IMG/VR virus record: IMGVR_UViG_3300020045_020105
Span: 1 to 64,000 of that record
Reading direction: 5' to 3' (one strand)
DNA: 64,000 nucleotides
DNA from: a virus
Below the pieces are notes generated by a model that did no database searches, was not told the origin of the DNA, and was given only the letters and a program-made list of their open reading frames with translations. The translations under genes and the position numbers were made by a program. Position 1 is the stretch's first letter; each line of letters begins with the position of its first letter. This document shows positions 21,430 to 30,459 of the stretch, piece by piece.

Positions 21430-22167
21430 ATGGCACAAAAATTAAAAATTTGGTTAGATACAGAAGTAGCTCTTGTTAAAGGGCAAACTACTAAGTGGTT
21501 GAGCCAATATTATTTTCATCGGGTGGAAATGCGAGGGAAAATTATTGACTCAAGTGTAATATTTACTCCTGCAGATGGGGTAGTTATGGATGCACACGAC
21601 TCTATCAAGAGTAATGAGAATATTCTTGATATTAAAGGAGTTCACTTATCCCTAAGAGACTTAATGCAGGATGAAGATCTACGTGGTTCTTTTACAGTAG
21701 TAAGTGTCTTTATGACATTTTACTCTCAGCATCAGAACTATATCCCTTACCCAGGGTACCGTACTTACTTGGAATTACCTCCAATTGATACCTTCAATAA
21801 ACCAATGTTGAAAGTTGAAAAGGAACTTCTTGAAGGAGTAATTAACCCAGCGTTTCAAGAACCTTATTTGCGCAAGAACTCAAGAGAAATTTCGACAATT
21901 GTTTCTCCAAAATTAGGACAAGATTACTATATTATCCGGATTGGTGATTATGATGTAGATACAATGGTAAATTGGTCTCAACCAGTAGGAGAAGAAAGTG
22001 CATCGTACCAACAGAATGATCGTTTTGGTATGATTACTTATGGCTCAGCTTGTATTCTTGTAATTCCTCATATTAAGGGTGGTGCTAAATTCAAATTAAG
22101 AGAAGAAGCAACCCCTGGAATGTATGTAAAATGTTGTTATGATGCTCTCGTAGATATTATTAACTAA
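21430..22167 (+). CDS. Phosphatidylserine-decarboxylase-family pyruvoyl decarboxylase, no TM anchor
   Basis: TPADG, VFMTFYSQHQN, RFGMITYG|SAC autocleavage site (predicted 40-aa alpha chain). Confidence 0.8.
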   Translation: MAQKLKIWLDTEVALVKGQTTKWLSQYYFHRVEMRGKIIDSSVIFTPADGVVMDAHDSIKSNENILDIKGVHLSLRDLMQDEDLRGSFTVVSVFMTFYSQHQNYIPYPGYRTYLELPPIDTFNKPMLKVEKELLEGVINPAFQEPYLRKNSREISTIVSPKLGQDYYIIRIGDYDVDTMVNWSQPVGEESASYQQNDRFGMITYGSACILVIPHIKGGAKFKLREEATPGMYVKCCYDALVDIIN

Positions 22168-22168
22168 T

Positions 22169-23269
22169 ATGTTACAACAACTAAAATTAGCAGGAGCTGA
22201 GTATATCTCAGTTCCTGTTGCAGAAGGAGACAATTTGGAAACAAGACCTTTACTCTTTGTATCTCCTGGGGAATATCCAATCTATGATCTTGAAGAGTAT
22301 GACTTTATGCAAGAGGACAAGATCACAGAAGAAGAATATATTGCTGCTTTAAAGCAATGCGTTCGAGGAAAACACGTTTTAGATATTGGAACCGGCAGAG
22401 ATATGGATTGGGGAATGTTTTCAATTGATCTTTGGGCCAAATCAGCAACAGGGGTTGAAGCAATTACTGAGACCTATGAGATAGCGAAGAAGAATCTAGA
22501 AAACCATGAATATAATAAGTATTTCAATCTTGTAAATTCATGGTCAACCAAATGGACTCCAGATAAGCTCTATGAGATTTGTGTTTCTGAGATCATTGGT
22601 ACAATTGGCGGTTCAGAAGGAGCAGCAGCTTCTATTAAGGATGCCAAGGAGAGACTCCTTAAACCAGATGCAAAAATTATTCCTTATAGCTGTATTACCA
22701 AGGTAGCAGGGTTTTGCCTCAGGGACTATATGCCTAAACTGGAATTTCATCCAGAAGCAGTACGCTATATTGAGCGAATTTTTGATTTAGCAGGGCATTC
22801 TTTCGATTTGCGTCTTACTCTTACAATTCCACCTAAGGAAGAGGACCTTATTACAACTCATGGAGTAATGGAAACTCTTAATTTTGAGGATGATTTAAGA
22901 ATTGAGGATGAAGAAGTTTCTTTCCTTGAGGTTACTAAAAAGGGAAATATAGATGGTTTACTATTATGGATCAATTTATTGACCCATAAGGAAGGTAAAG
23001 TAATTGATTCTTTAAATCAACAAACAGCCTGGGAAGTTGTCTATATTCCTCTATTTGACTCTCCTTATCCTTTAGAGATTGGAGATCAAGTTAATATTTT
23101 AGCTACAAGAGAATTAAGTAAGAATAAAATAAACCCCAATTATTTCTTCAATGTTGCTATCTTAGATAAATTTGGAAATTCTCAACTAGAGGAGGAATTT
23201 AGATCTCCTCATTTAGGGAGTGATTTTCATTCAAAACAAATTTATAAAGAACTATTTAAACTAACATAA
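22169..23269 (+). CDS. PRMT-like SAM-dependent guanidino N-methyltransferase
   Basis: VLDIGTG; double-E loop SEIIGTIGGSE; LLKPDAKIIP; IDGLLLW; TAW (THW-loop equivalent). Confidence 0.8.
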   Translation: MLQQLKLAGAEYISVPVAEGDNLETRPLLFVSPGEYPIYDLEEYDFMQEDKITEEEYIAALKQCVRGKHVLDIGTGRDMDWGMFSIDLWAKSATGVEAITETYEIAKKNLENHEYNKYFNLVNSWSTKWTPDKLYEICVSEIIGTIGGSEGAAASIKDAKERLLKPDAKIIPYSCITKVAGFCLRDYMPKLEFHPEAVRYIERIFDLAGHSFDLRLTLTIPPKEEDLITTHGVMETLNFEDDLRIEDEEVSFLEVTKKGNIDGLLLWINLLTHKEGKVIDSLNQQTAWEVVYIPLFDSPYPLEIGDQVNILATRELSKNKINPNYFFNVAILDKFGNSQLEEEFRSPHLGSDFHSKQIYKELFKLT

Positions 23270-23742
23270 TGCTTTTAAACGCACAAAATATTATGCAATT
23301 CCTTACTCCCTCAGAGGGAGTAGGGGGAAAAGCTCAAGTAGGTTATGATTTAAGTATTAAAAATATTACCAAGATCATAGGTGGAAATATTTGCAAAACT
23401 TTTAAGGAGATTATGCCCTATGAACAGGTTGTTTGTAACTCAGAAAATACTTGGGAGTTAGAGCAAGGAGTTTATTCATTAACTTTTAATGAGGGGATTA
23501 AATTAGATTCAACTCATTCTGGGTTTGTTATTCATAAAAGTAGCATCTTAAGATGTGGTGGGTTTATAACCAGTGGAGTTTTTGATAGTGGTTTCGAGTG
23601 TAAAGAAATTGGTGCTACTTTATTTGTTGCTGCTAGGATTGAAATTGAAAGAGGAGCTTCTTTAGCTCAATTCTTAATTGTTGAAAATCAACCTGCTGAG
23701 CTCTATAACGGTAATTATCAAGGGGAAAAGGACCTCAAGTAA
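23269..23742 (+). CDS. Trimeric dUTPase/dCTP-deaminase-fold enzyme
   Basis: GYDLS, KSSILRCG, FDSGF, LAQ, YNGNYQ. Confidence 0.8.
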   Translation: MLLNAQNIMQFLTPSEGVGGKAQVGYDLSIKNITKIIGGNICKTFKEIMPYEQVVCNSENTWELEQGVYSLTFNEGIKLDSTHSGFVIHKSSILRCGGFITSGVFDSGFECKEIGATLFVAARIEIERGASLAQFLIVENQPAELYNGNYQGEKDLK

Positions 23743-23745
23743 ATT

Positions 23746-24735
23746 ATGGCAAGAATATTGAAAACAAAATCAATTGGTTATGGGGATATCGTTTCCATAG
23801 CTCAACCGGCAGCAATCCATTCAAGGAAACAAATTCCTATTGAAGGGTGGAGGATAATGGTGTCGTCTATGACATCAATAATTGGAAGTACCTTTATTAA
23901 AGCTTGTTCTGCGCTTGATGAAGACATTCAACCCTCAATCCATTTGCCAAGAGACATATTTTTCGAGGAAAACATTCAATTATTGAGCGAATTAAATTAC
24001 CCTAAACATAAAGTTTGGGTAGGAATTGGGCTTAATGATAGGGAAAGAATAGATATGGCTAAAGCATTGGGGTTTACTCAAATTCTAATTGATGTAGCCA
24101 ATGGATATCTTCCCCAAGTAAGAGCTAAAGCACTTCATCTTTTTAATAAAGACTTTACTGTTTGTGCAGGTTCTGTTCATACAGCTCAAGGTACTTTGAA
24201 TTTAATTTCATCAGGTTGTTCTATGATCAGAACAGGAATTGGTCCTGGTTCTGTGTGCCTCACTAAAGATGTTACATCATACACAAGAGGACCTATTTCT
24301 GAAATTATGGAAATGGCTGAAATTGCAGATGCAAATGGAAGGGTTATTTTAGCAGATGGTGGAATTGCGAGCTCAGGAAGTGCAGTAAAAGCATTCTTGG
24401 CAGGTGCAAGCATGATTATGTCTGGTCGCCTATTTGTAGAAGCAGAGGAGTGTAGAATGCACCAACCTAAAGAAGAACGAATGGTAGGAAAGTATGAGTT
24501 ACCTGCCCATAATTATTTCGGAATGGCTTCTCAATGGGGAAAACTTTCAATGAATGGTGGAGTTTTAACTCAAGAAAATATTGAGGGAAAGGTAGATTTT
24601 ATCCACCCAACAGAAAAGCTAAAATATATTCTTGAGTCAATCTGGGAGGGGATTCGCAGTGGTGTATCTTATAGTGGTTATAAAACCCTTACAGATGCAA
24701 TTGGAAATGGAGTTTTTGAGTTAATTCACAAATAA
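23746..24735 (+). CDS. guaC: GMP reductase / IMPDH family
   Basis: IDVANG, GIGPGSVC, ADGGI, FGMAS, EGK, GIRSGVSYSG; no CBS domains. Confidence 0.8.
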   Translation: MARILKTKSIGYGDIVSIAQPAAIHSRKQIPIEGWRIMVSSMTSIIGSTFIKACSALDEDIQPSIHLPRDIFFEENIQLLSELNYPKHKVWVGIGLNDRERIDMAKALGFTQILIDVANGYLPQVRAKALHLFNKDFTVCAGSVHTAQGTLNLISSGCSMIRTGIGPGSVCLTKDVTSYTRGPISEIMEMAEIADANGRVILADGGIASSGSAVKAFLAGASMIMSGRLFVEAEECRMHQPKEERMVGKYELPAHNYFGMASQWGKLSMNGGVLTQENIEGKVDFIHPTEKLKYILESIWEGIRSGVSYSGYKTLTDAIGNGVFELIHK

Positions 24736-24745
24736 AAAGACAGTC

Positions 24746-27700
24746 ATGCTTAGAGAATGGTTAAATACTAATAATATAAAGGTTAATGAGTGGTTTACGA
24801 ATGAGCTATTTAATCTAGTAATAGATGAAAAAGTACAATCGTTTTGTTATGTTCATCCTAAAGATGGTAAAATCATAACTCAAGGCATGACTCTTGCATT
24901 AAATAGTGAAGAAATAAAACTAAGTAAAGAAGGAGTTTGGTTCTGTTTTGAGTTTGGAGGTAATATTTACTATACTGAAAATCCCAATGAAATTAAATTT
25001 ACTCTCTTTAAATATTTAGGGAAAAATGACTTTCAAGTTGATCTAGATTTTTGTAATTTAGGTTTACATGGAAGGTACGAGTTATTAAATGGATCAGGCA
25101 CCTATGAAGAATGGTGTAAAAAAGCAAAATTCCTGGGGCAGTCTGCCCTGGGAATTTGTGAGTTTCATACTTTGGGTGGAATTATTCACTTTCAAACTGC
25201 TTGCACAGACAATAAAATTAAATCTATTTTAGGTGAAGAATTTCTTATTGAGAGTAAAGAAAAAGGCAACTTCTTCAAACTGAAATTATATTGTAAAAAT
25301 AAAGATGGATGGAGGAGCTTATTAAAATTAAATAAAATTATTAATGTTGATAAAGTAGAAGAAAGTAACCCATCTATAAAATTTGAGAGTTTACTCACTT
25401 TAAGTGGAGTAATTATGGTTGTAGGTGAAAATACTAAGAAACATAACTTAGCAGAGTTAAAGGTCTTGGCTCATAAATATAAGGGAGATATTTACTATCA
25501 ATTTGATACTTTGGAGTATAAATCTAATGAACCAGATCTATTGCACTTAAATCAACAGAAGTACTATCTTTCTACACTTAAGGATCTAATCCCCCCTATC
25601 TTAATTAATGATTCTTATTATATTGATAAGGAATTATTCTATATCAAGGATAAGTTAAATCAATTAGGAAATATGGGGCATCAAAAAGAAACAATTGATC
25701 AGCATTTTAAGAGTTTAGATGAAGATTTAGAAATACTTGACTCTTTATTTGAGGAGAGTGATCTAAGACTAGAATCTCTTTTTACAGAAATGGTTGAAAA
25801 CACAATAAAGGTCGTTGAAGCTTGTGAATTTAAGATTGAATTTCACAATAAACACCTCCCAGAATATCCTTTTAAAGATTTAGGGTTTAATACAAAATAT
25901 GAGCTATTTTGGAAGTTAATCGAAGAAGGAATTGAGAGAAAAATAGTCTCATTTGACTCTAAAGATGTAGATATTTATATTGAGAGAATTGATCAAGAAT
26001 TTGATTTAATTGATAGGGGTGGTTTTATCGATTATTTTCTTATCCTGTGGGATATCTTAAAATGGTGTAAGGAGAACAATATTTTAACAGGCCCAGGACG
26101 AGGTAGTGCTGCAGGTAGTCTTATTTCTTATTTATTAAATATTGTAGAAGTTGACCCCATTGAACATGGATTACTATTTGAAAGGTTCCTAAATGAAGGT
26201 CGTATAAAAAAGGGCATTCCAGATATTGATATCGACTTTGAAGCAGAAAAGAAAACTCTTGTACACGAGTACTTAAAATCTAAATATGGAAATGAACAAG
26301 TTTGCTTTGCCGGTGCTTATAGGGGGATGAAGATTAAATCATGTATAAAAGACCTAGGTAGAGGAGTAATAGAGTACACTTATTTAAATAATGTATCTAA
26401 TTCGCTTCACTTCTCAGAATCTAAAAATGGAGAGCTAAAGTATTTATTTGCAGAAGCACTTAACAATCCAACTTTTAAAGAATTTACTAAGAGATATCCT
26501 GAGCTTATAAATGTAACTGGTGAAATATTGAATCAACCAAGATCAAGATCAATCCACCCAAGTGCTATTTTAATTATGCCAAAGGAAGAAAATGGCATAA
26601 AGAAGACTATTTTTGATTGGGTTCCAATTCGCAAGGAAGGAGAAGAATATATTTCTGAGTGGGAAGGTGCGGAATTAGAAATGGTTGGATTTTTGAAGGA
26701 AGATATATTGAGTTTAGGACAGCTAGATAAAATCAATTTTATTCTCAACCTTATTAAGGAAACCACTGGGGAGGTAATTGATCTTTATTCTATTCAAATT
26801 GATGATTCTAATGTAATGGCTCTATTTAAAGAGGGAATAAATGGAGATGTATTTCAATTTGGTAGCGAAGGTTTAAAATCCTATTGTAAGGAAGTAAAAC
26901 CAGAAAACTTAGTAGAGTTGATGAATATTGTTGCTCTATATCGCCCAGGTCCAAAATCCTCAGGAGCTCACAATACCTATGTCCACATTAAAAATGGAAC
27001 TAAGGTACCAGAATATGATTTTATGCTCAAAGAAGTAACAAAAGACACTTTTGGACTCTATATCTACCAAGAACAAGTTATGAAGGCCGTTCAGGTATTG
27101 GGTGGGTTTTCTCCATCAGATACGGATGATGTTCGTAAAGCAATGGGTAAGAAAAAAGAAGAGGTAGTTGCTCCTTATCGCAAGCAATTTATAGATTCAG
27201 CTATTTCTAAAGGCTGTGATGAAATAGAAGCAGAAACAATTTGGAAAAAACTAGAGGTATTTAGTGGATATGGATTTAATAAATCCCATTCTGCAGCTTA
27301 TGCTTATTTAGGTTATCTATCTCAATATTTGAAATACTATCACCCACTACAATTTTGGGCAGCAGCCCTACAATTTGCAGAAGAGGACTCAGATATAGGT
27401 AATTATTTAATGGAAATCGAATCTCAATTCCCTCAGATAAAAGTAGTTGCTGTAGACATAAATAGCTCAAGCGATCAAATTTCTATATCTCAATCTAAAA
27501 ATGAGATCTATTGGTCTATTAAAAGAGTAGCTTTTCTTGGGGAAGTAGCCCTTAAAGCAATATTTGACTCCAGAGCAAAAAATAGAGAGTATTTCTCATT
27601 TGAGGAATTTATTGTAGGAATTAAGGATTACAAGGGAGATATAAATAAGAGAGTAATTATGAATCTTATTTATAGTGGAGCTTTTGATTCAATTGGGGTA

Positions 27701-28363
27701 ATAGGGGATCCTATAAGTGAACCAAGAGAAAGAACTCAAATCATTGATAAGTACTTTGAATTATTACAATTAACTCCACCAAGAGTACAAAAACCAAATT
27801 GGTGGTGGATTTTTAAACAAAGAGATATTTCTGGGTTTGGAACGGTAAATTATCGAGAGTTATTTAAAAATTACCCTGGGTTGGTTGGAAAGGCTGGAGC
27901 CGGTAAACCAAATTTTAACTTTTATGATGCAAACAGATTATCCAACTTAAAAGAAGCAAATGTAGTACTTGGGGGGATAATCTTAGAAGTAACAGAAAGA
28001 ACATCAACCAAGGGAGTTTGGGGAAGTATATTGGTCGATTTCAACAATTTTCAAGTAAAAATATGTATTTGGAATGAAGAATGGATCAACCTCAAATATA
28101 AGGAGAAATTAATGGAACAAGAAGGCAAGCTATTATTGATTGAAGGGTATCTCAAAAATAAAGATGGTTGGCTTTCAATCCATAGTAGGGGAGATAAAAC
28201 ACCGGCCAATATTGAAGTAATTGACTTGGAACTTGATCTTAAAATATCTGAAACTACCCAAAAGAAAATATACCAAATGGGAGATAGAAGAGAGTTCAAA
28301 GATGGTCCTTATGAAGTAATTTTTAAAGATGGAGATACTTATAGATGGAGAAAAATCAAATAA
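24746..28363 (+). CDS. dnaE: DNA polymerase III alpha subunit
   Basis: PHP domain, GPGRGSAAGS, LLFERF, PDIDIDF, KEDILSL, ALYRPGP, YQEQVM, YGFNKSH, OB fold. Confidence 0.96.
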   Translation: MLREWLNTNNIKVNEWFTNELFNLVIDEKVQSFCYVHPKDGKIITQGMTLALNSEEIKLSKEGVWFCFEFGGNIYYTENPNEIKFTLFKYLGKNDFQVDLDFCNLGLHGRYELLNGSGTYEEWCKKAKFLGQSALGICEFHTLGGIIHFQTACTDNKIKSILGEEFLIESKEKGNFFKLKLYCKNKDGWRSLLKLNKIINVDKVEESNPSIKFESLLTLSGVIMVVGENTKKHNLAELKVLAHKYKGDIYYQFDTLEYKSNEPDLLHLNQQKYYLSTLKDLIPPILINDSYYIDKELFYIKDKLNQLGNMGHQKETIDQHFKSLDEDLEILDSLFEESDLRLESLFTEMVENTIKVVEACEFKIEFHNKHLPEYPFKDLGFNTKYELFWKLIEEGIERKIVSFDSKDVDIYIERIDQEFDLIDRGGFIDYFLILWDILKWCKENNILTGPGRGSAAGSLISYLLNIVEVDPIEHGLLFERFLNEGRIKKGIPDIDIDFEAEKKTLVHEYLKSKYGNEQVCFAGAYRGMKIKSCIKDLGRGVIEYTYLNNVSNSLHFSESKNGELKYLFAEALNNPTFKEFTKRYPELINVTGEILNQPRSRSIHPSAILIMPKEENGIKKTIFDWVPIRKEGEEYISEWEGAELEMVGFLKEDILSLGQLDKINFILNLIKETTGEVIDLYSIQIDDSNVMALFKEGINGDVFQFGSEGLKSYCKEVKPENLVELMNIVALYRPGPKSSGAHNTYVHIKNGTKVPEYDFMLKEVTKDTFGLYIYQEQVMKAVQVLGGFSPSDTDDVRKAMGKKKEEVVAPYRKQFIDSAISKGCDEIEAETIWKKLEVFSGYGFNKSHSAAYAYLGYLSQYLKYYHPLQFWAAALQFAEEDSDIGNYLMEIESQFPQIKVVAVDINSSSDQISISQSKNEIYWSIKRVAFLGEVALKAIFDSRAKNREYFSFEEFIVGIKDYKGDINKRVIMNLIYSGAFDSIGVIGDPISEPRERTQIIDKYFELLQLTPPRVQKPNWWWIFKQRDISGFGTVNYRELFKNYPGLVGKAGAGKPNFNFYDANRLSNLKEANVVLGGIILEVTERTSTKGVWGSILVDFNNFQVKICIWNEEWINLKYKEKLMEQEGKLLLIEGYLKNKDGWLSIHSRGDKTPANIEVIDLELDLKISETTQKKIYQMGDRREFKDGPYEVIFKDGDTYRWRKIK

Positions 28364-29097
28364 AGTACTATTACCTTCATTGTGTTTCTGATTCTCTATG
28401 GTCTTCTAATTTAGATAGGGGTGAAGAACCAAACCCAGATGGGGAAACAGATCAAATATCTGAGGAACGTGCTTTTGAATTAATGAAAGAATTTGGAGAA
28501 ACTGAGATTCCACATTTTATACATAAAAGTAGTATGAGCGAAACTAAGGTAATTCAATTAAAAGATAAGATTATCCAATTAAAGGAAGAGGAATTTATTG
28601 GGGAAATTGATGTAGAAGATTTAACCAAAATTCATTATTACAATCTATTTGGTGATATGATCACCTTTCCATCAGTTTTAAATAGAATAGGAAATCTATT
28701 GATCGAAGCTGATTCTTGTATTGAGGAATTTGAGCATGATTTAAAAGCTAATAAGGTAGAGTTAAATAAAAAAAGAGCTTTATTAGAAAAAGAAGCGTGG
28801 AATTACCTGAAAAAGAGTGGAATTAACTCCCCAACTTTACAACAAATTAGTAATGAGGTCCTTTTAAATGAAACTCATGATCCGTTTGAAGAAGAATATA
28901 GAGAAAATCAGAGGCTTCTTATTGAAATTAAGAGAGATAGAGGGCATATAAATAACTTATATTGGGCCTGTAAAATGAAAGGAGATATCCTTACTAAATT
29001 ATCTGAAAAAATAAGACCTGAGGAGTTTTCTGGTGAAATTATGGATGGTGTTATTAACGGTATACTTATTAGAACTGGCAAACCACTTATCAGTTAA
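28345..29097 (+). CDS. Coiled-coil hypothetical protein (UvsY-like candidate)
   Basis: Long helical C-terminal half next to the polymerase; start uncertain. Confidence 0.4.
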   Translation: MEKNQIKYYYLHCVSDSLWSSNLDRGEEPNPDGETDQISEERAFELMKEFGETEIPHFIHKSSMSETKVIQLKDKIIQLKEEEFIGEIDVEDLTKIHYYNLFGDMITFPSVLNRIGNLLIEADSCIEEFEHDLKANKVELNKKRALLEKEAWNYLKKSGINSPTLQQISNEVLLNETHDPFEEEYRENQRLLIEIKRDRGHINNLYWACKMKGDILTKLSEKIRPEEFSGEIMDGVINGILIRTGKPLIS

Positions 29098-29100
29098 AAA

Positions 29101-29177
29101 CTTTAACATCTTTTAACAAATTTTAACATTCTTTAACATTCTTTAACATCTTTTAACCGAAATTTTTCGTACCTTTG
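29101..29177 (+). promoter_or_regulatory. Class A promoter: 6 x 10-bp repeats + TACCTTTG
   Basis: Repeats 29101-29160; -7 box 29170-29177. Confidence 0.85.
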
Positions 29178-29227
29178 GGTGTTCTTAAAGATTAGATATA
29201 ATTTATAACCAAATAAATAAGATTGTT

Positions 29228-29698
29228 ATGAAAGCCAAAGTAATTACTCAAAATTTTAGTGTTTTAAGTGCTGAGTTAGTAGCTGCTAAGAGTGAACTCA
29301 AAGCAATGAGCGAACAATTCAATACTGTTTTAGATCGCAAACCATCTGAAAAAACAAATTGGCGCAAGGACGAAGTTTTGATTAAAACATTAGCTACTCC
29401 CTTAGCAGCTCAAAGAGCTAAAGTAGAGAAGCTTATTGACTTAGTTGAATTACACCCAGAAAACCCAGAAAACATCAGATTGGCTAAGGAAGCACAAGCA
29501 GAACTTGAAGCTAAGAGACGTGTTGAGGCAGCTAAACGTGCAGCAGAAAGACCTACCTATAAAATAGGTGCTTTTAATAAATTCAAAGATGGTTACTATG
29601 AAGTTATTAAATTAAATAATGAAGGTCAACCATCTTGGAGGAAAGTTAAAGATGTAGATGTTCTAGCTCAACTTGAATTATTGAACTCAAATAAATAA
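29228..29698 (+). CDS. Coiled-coil protein sharing a C-terminal module with the DnaE tail
   Basis: FKDG.YEVI...WRK.K occurs in both proteins. Confidence 0.65.
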   Translation: MKAKVITQNFSVLSAELVAAKSELKAMSEQFNTVLDRKPSEKTNWRKDEVLIKTLATPLAAQRAKVEKLIDLVELHPENPENIRLAKEAQAELEAKRRVEAAKRAAERPTYKIGAFNKFKDGYYEVIKLNNEGQPSWRKVKDVDVLAQLELLNSNK

Positions 29699-29703
29699 AA
29701 ATC

Positions 29704-29790
29704 ATGAAATCAGCACAAGTAAGATTAGCAATTGCCATTATTGGATTCTTCGTATGTGTAGCTATTCTAGTATATTACGGCATTAAATAA
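29704..29790 (+). CDS. 28-aa single-TM microprotein (not in ORF track)
   Basis: MKSAQVRLAIAIIGFFVCVAILVYYGIK fills the gap between two genes. Confidence 0.55.
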   Translation: MKSAQVRLAIAIIGFFVCVAILVYYGIK

Positions 29791-29796
29791 GATAAG

Positions 29797-30270
29797 ATGG
29801 AAAACACAAATACTATTACCGTCATTAGTGAGTTAAATGACAAGATTGTAAAAGATCAAACTCGTATTAAAGAAGTAGAAGCAGTTCTTAAAACTCCGGT
29901 TGATTTGGATAAAAAAATGAGCTGTATGAATGAGTTAACTTGGCTCAAAGAGAGAATCAAGATCTACAAAAGAATCATTTCCTATTGCTTAGAGCAACCT
30001 CTTCAAGGTCCTACTTCCATCCTTAAAAAGTTATCTGATTTTAAAGCTACTACTAAGGAATCCCTTCAAGCTACAATTGAACAGATTGAAAACTTTGAAG
30101 TAACTTTTGGAGTAACATCTGACTCAGATGAGGATACAGAAATTCCACAAATGACTGATCTTCAAGCCAAGGTAGTGGAGAGCTTTATGATTAAGCGTAC
30201 TCAATATGAAGCAACTTTAAATGCTTTAACCAATTCAACACCTTTATTCGGACATTTCGCAATAAGATAG
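29797..30270 (+). CDS. Hypothetical protein
   Basis: ORF. Confidence 0.55.
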   Translation: MENTNTITVISELNDKIVKDQTRIKEVEAVLKTPVDLDKKMSCMNELTWLKERIKIYKRIISYCLEQPLQGPTSILKKLSDFKATTKESLQATIEQIENFEVTFGVTSDSDEDTEIPQMTDLQAKVVESFMIKRTQYEATLNALTNSTPLFGHFAIR

Positions 30271-30272
30271 TT

Positions 30273-30458
30273 ATGATTATAAAAACATTAAAAGAAGAAC
30301 ATTATCTTGAGTTAGTTAATAGTGGACTTCATTGTCCTTCTTATGGTAATTTTAAAGTTGGTGCAACCTATTCAATACAAGATGCTAAATTAAAGTTTCC
30401 GGTGATTAAAGCAAGATGCTCGCAAAATTGTCCTTATACATTAGTTTTAGAAAAATAA
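30273..30458 (+). CDS. Hypothetical protein
   Basis: ORF with AGATAGTTATG start motif. Confidence 0.55.
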   Translation: MIIKTLKEEHYLELVNSGLHCPSYGNFKVGATYSIQDAKLKFPVIKARCSQNCPYTLVLEK

Positions 30459-30459
30459 A

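Noticed and set aside
19956-24735. 7-deazaguanine (archaeosine/preQ) modification cluster
   Set aside because: No FolE, QueC, QueD, QueE or DpdA is recognisable, and the amidinotransferase is a pentein rather than ArcS or QueF-like.
29101-29160. 10-bp arrays as CRISPR arrays or replication iterons
   Set aside because: There are no spacers. Six dispersed copies share one orientation and a fixed distance to a promoter box, which fits promoters better than a single origin.
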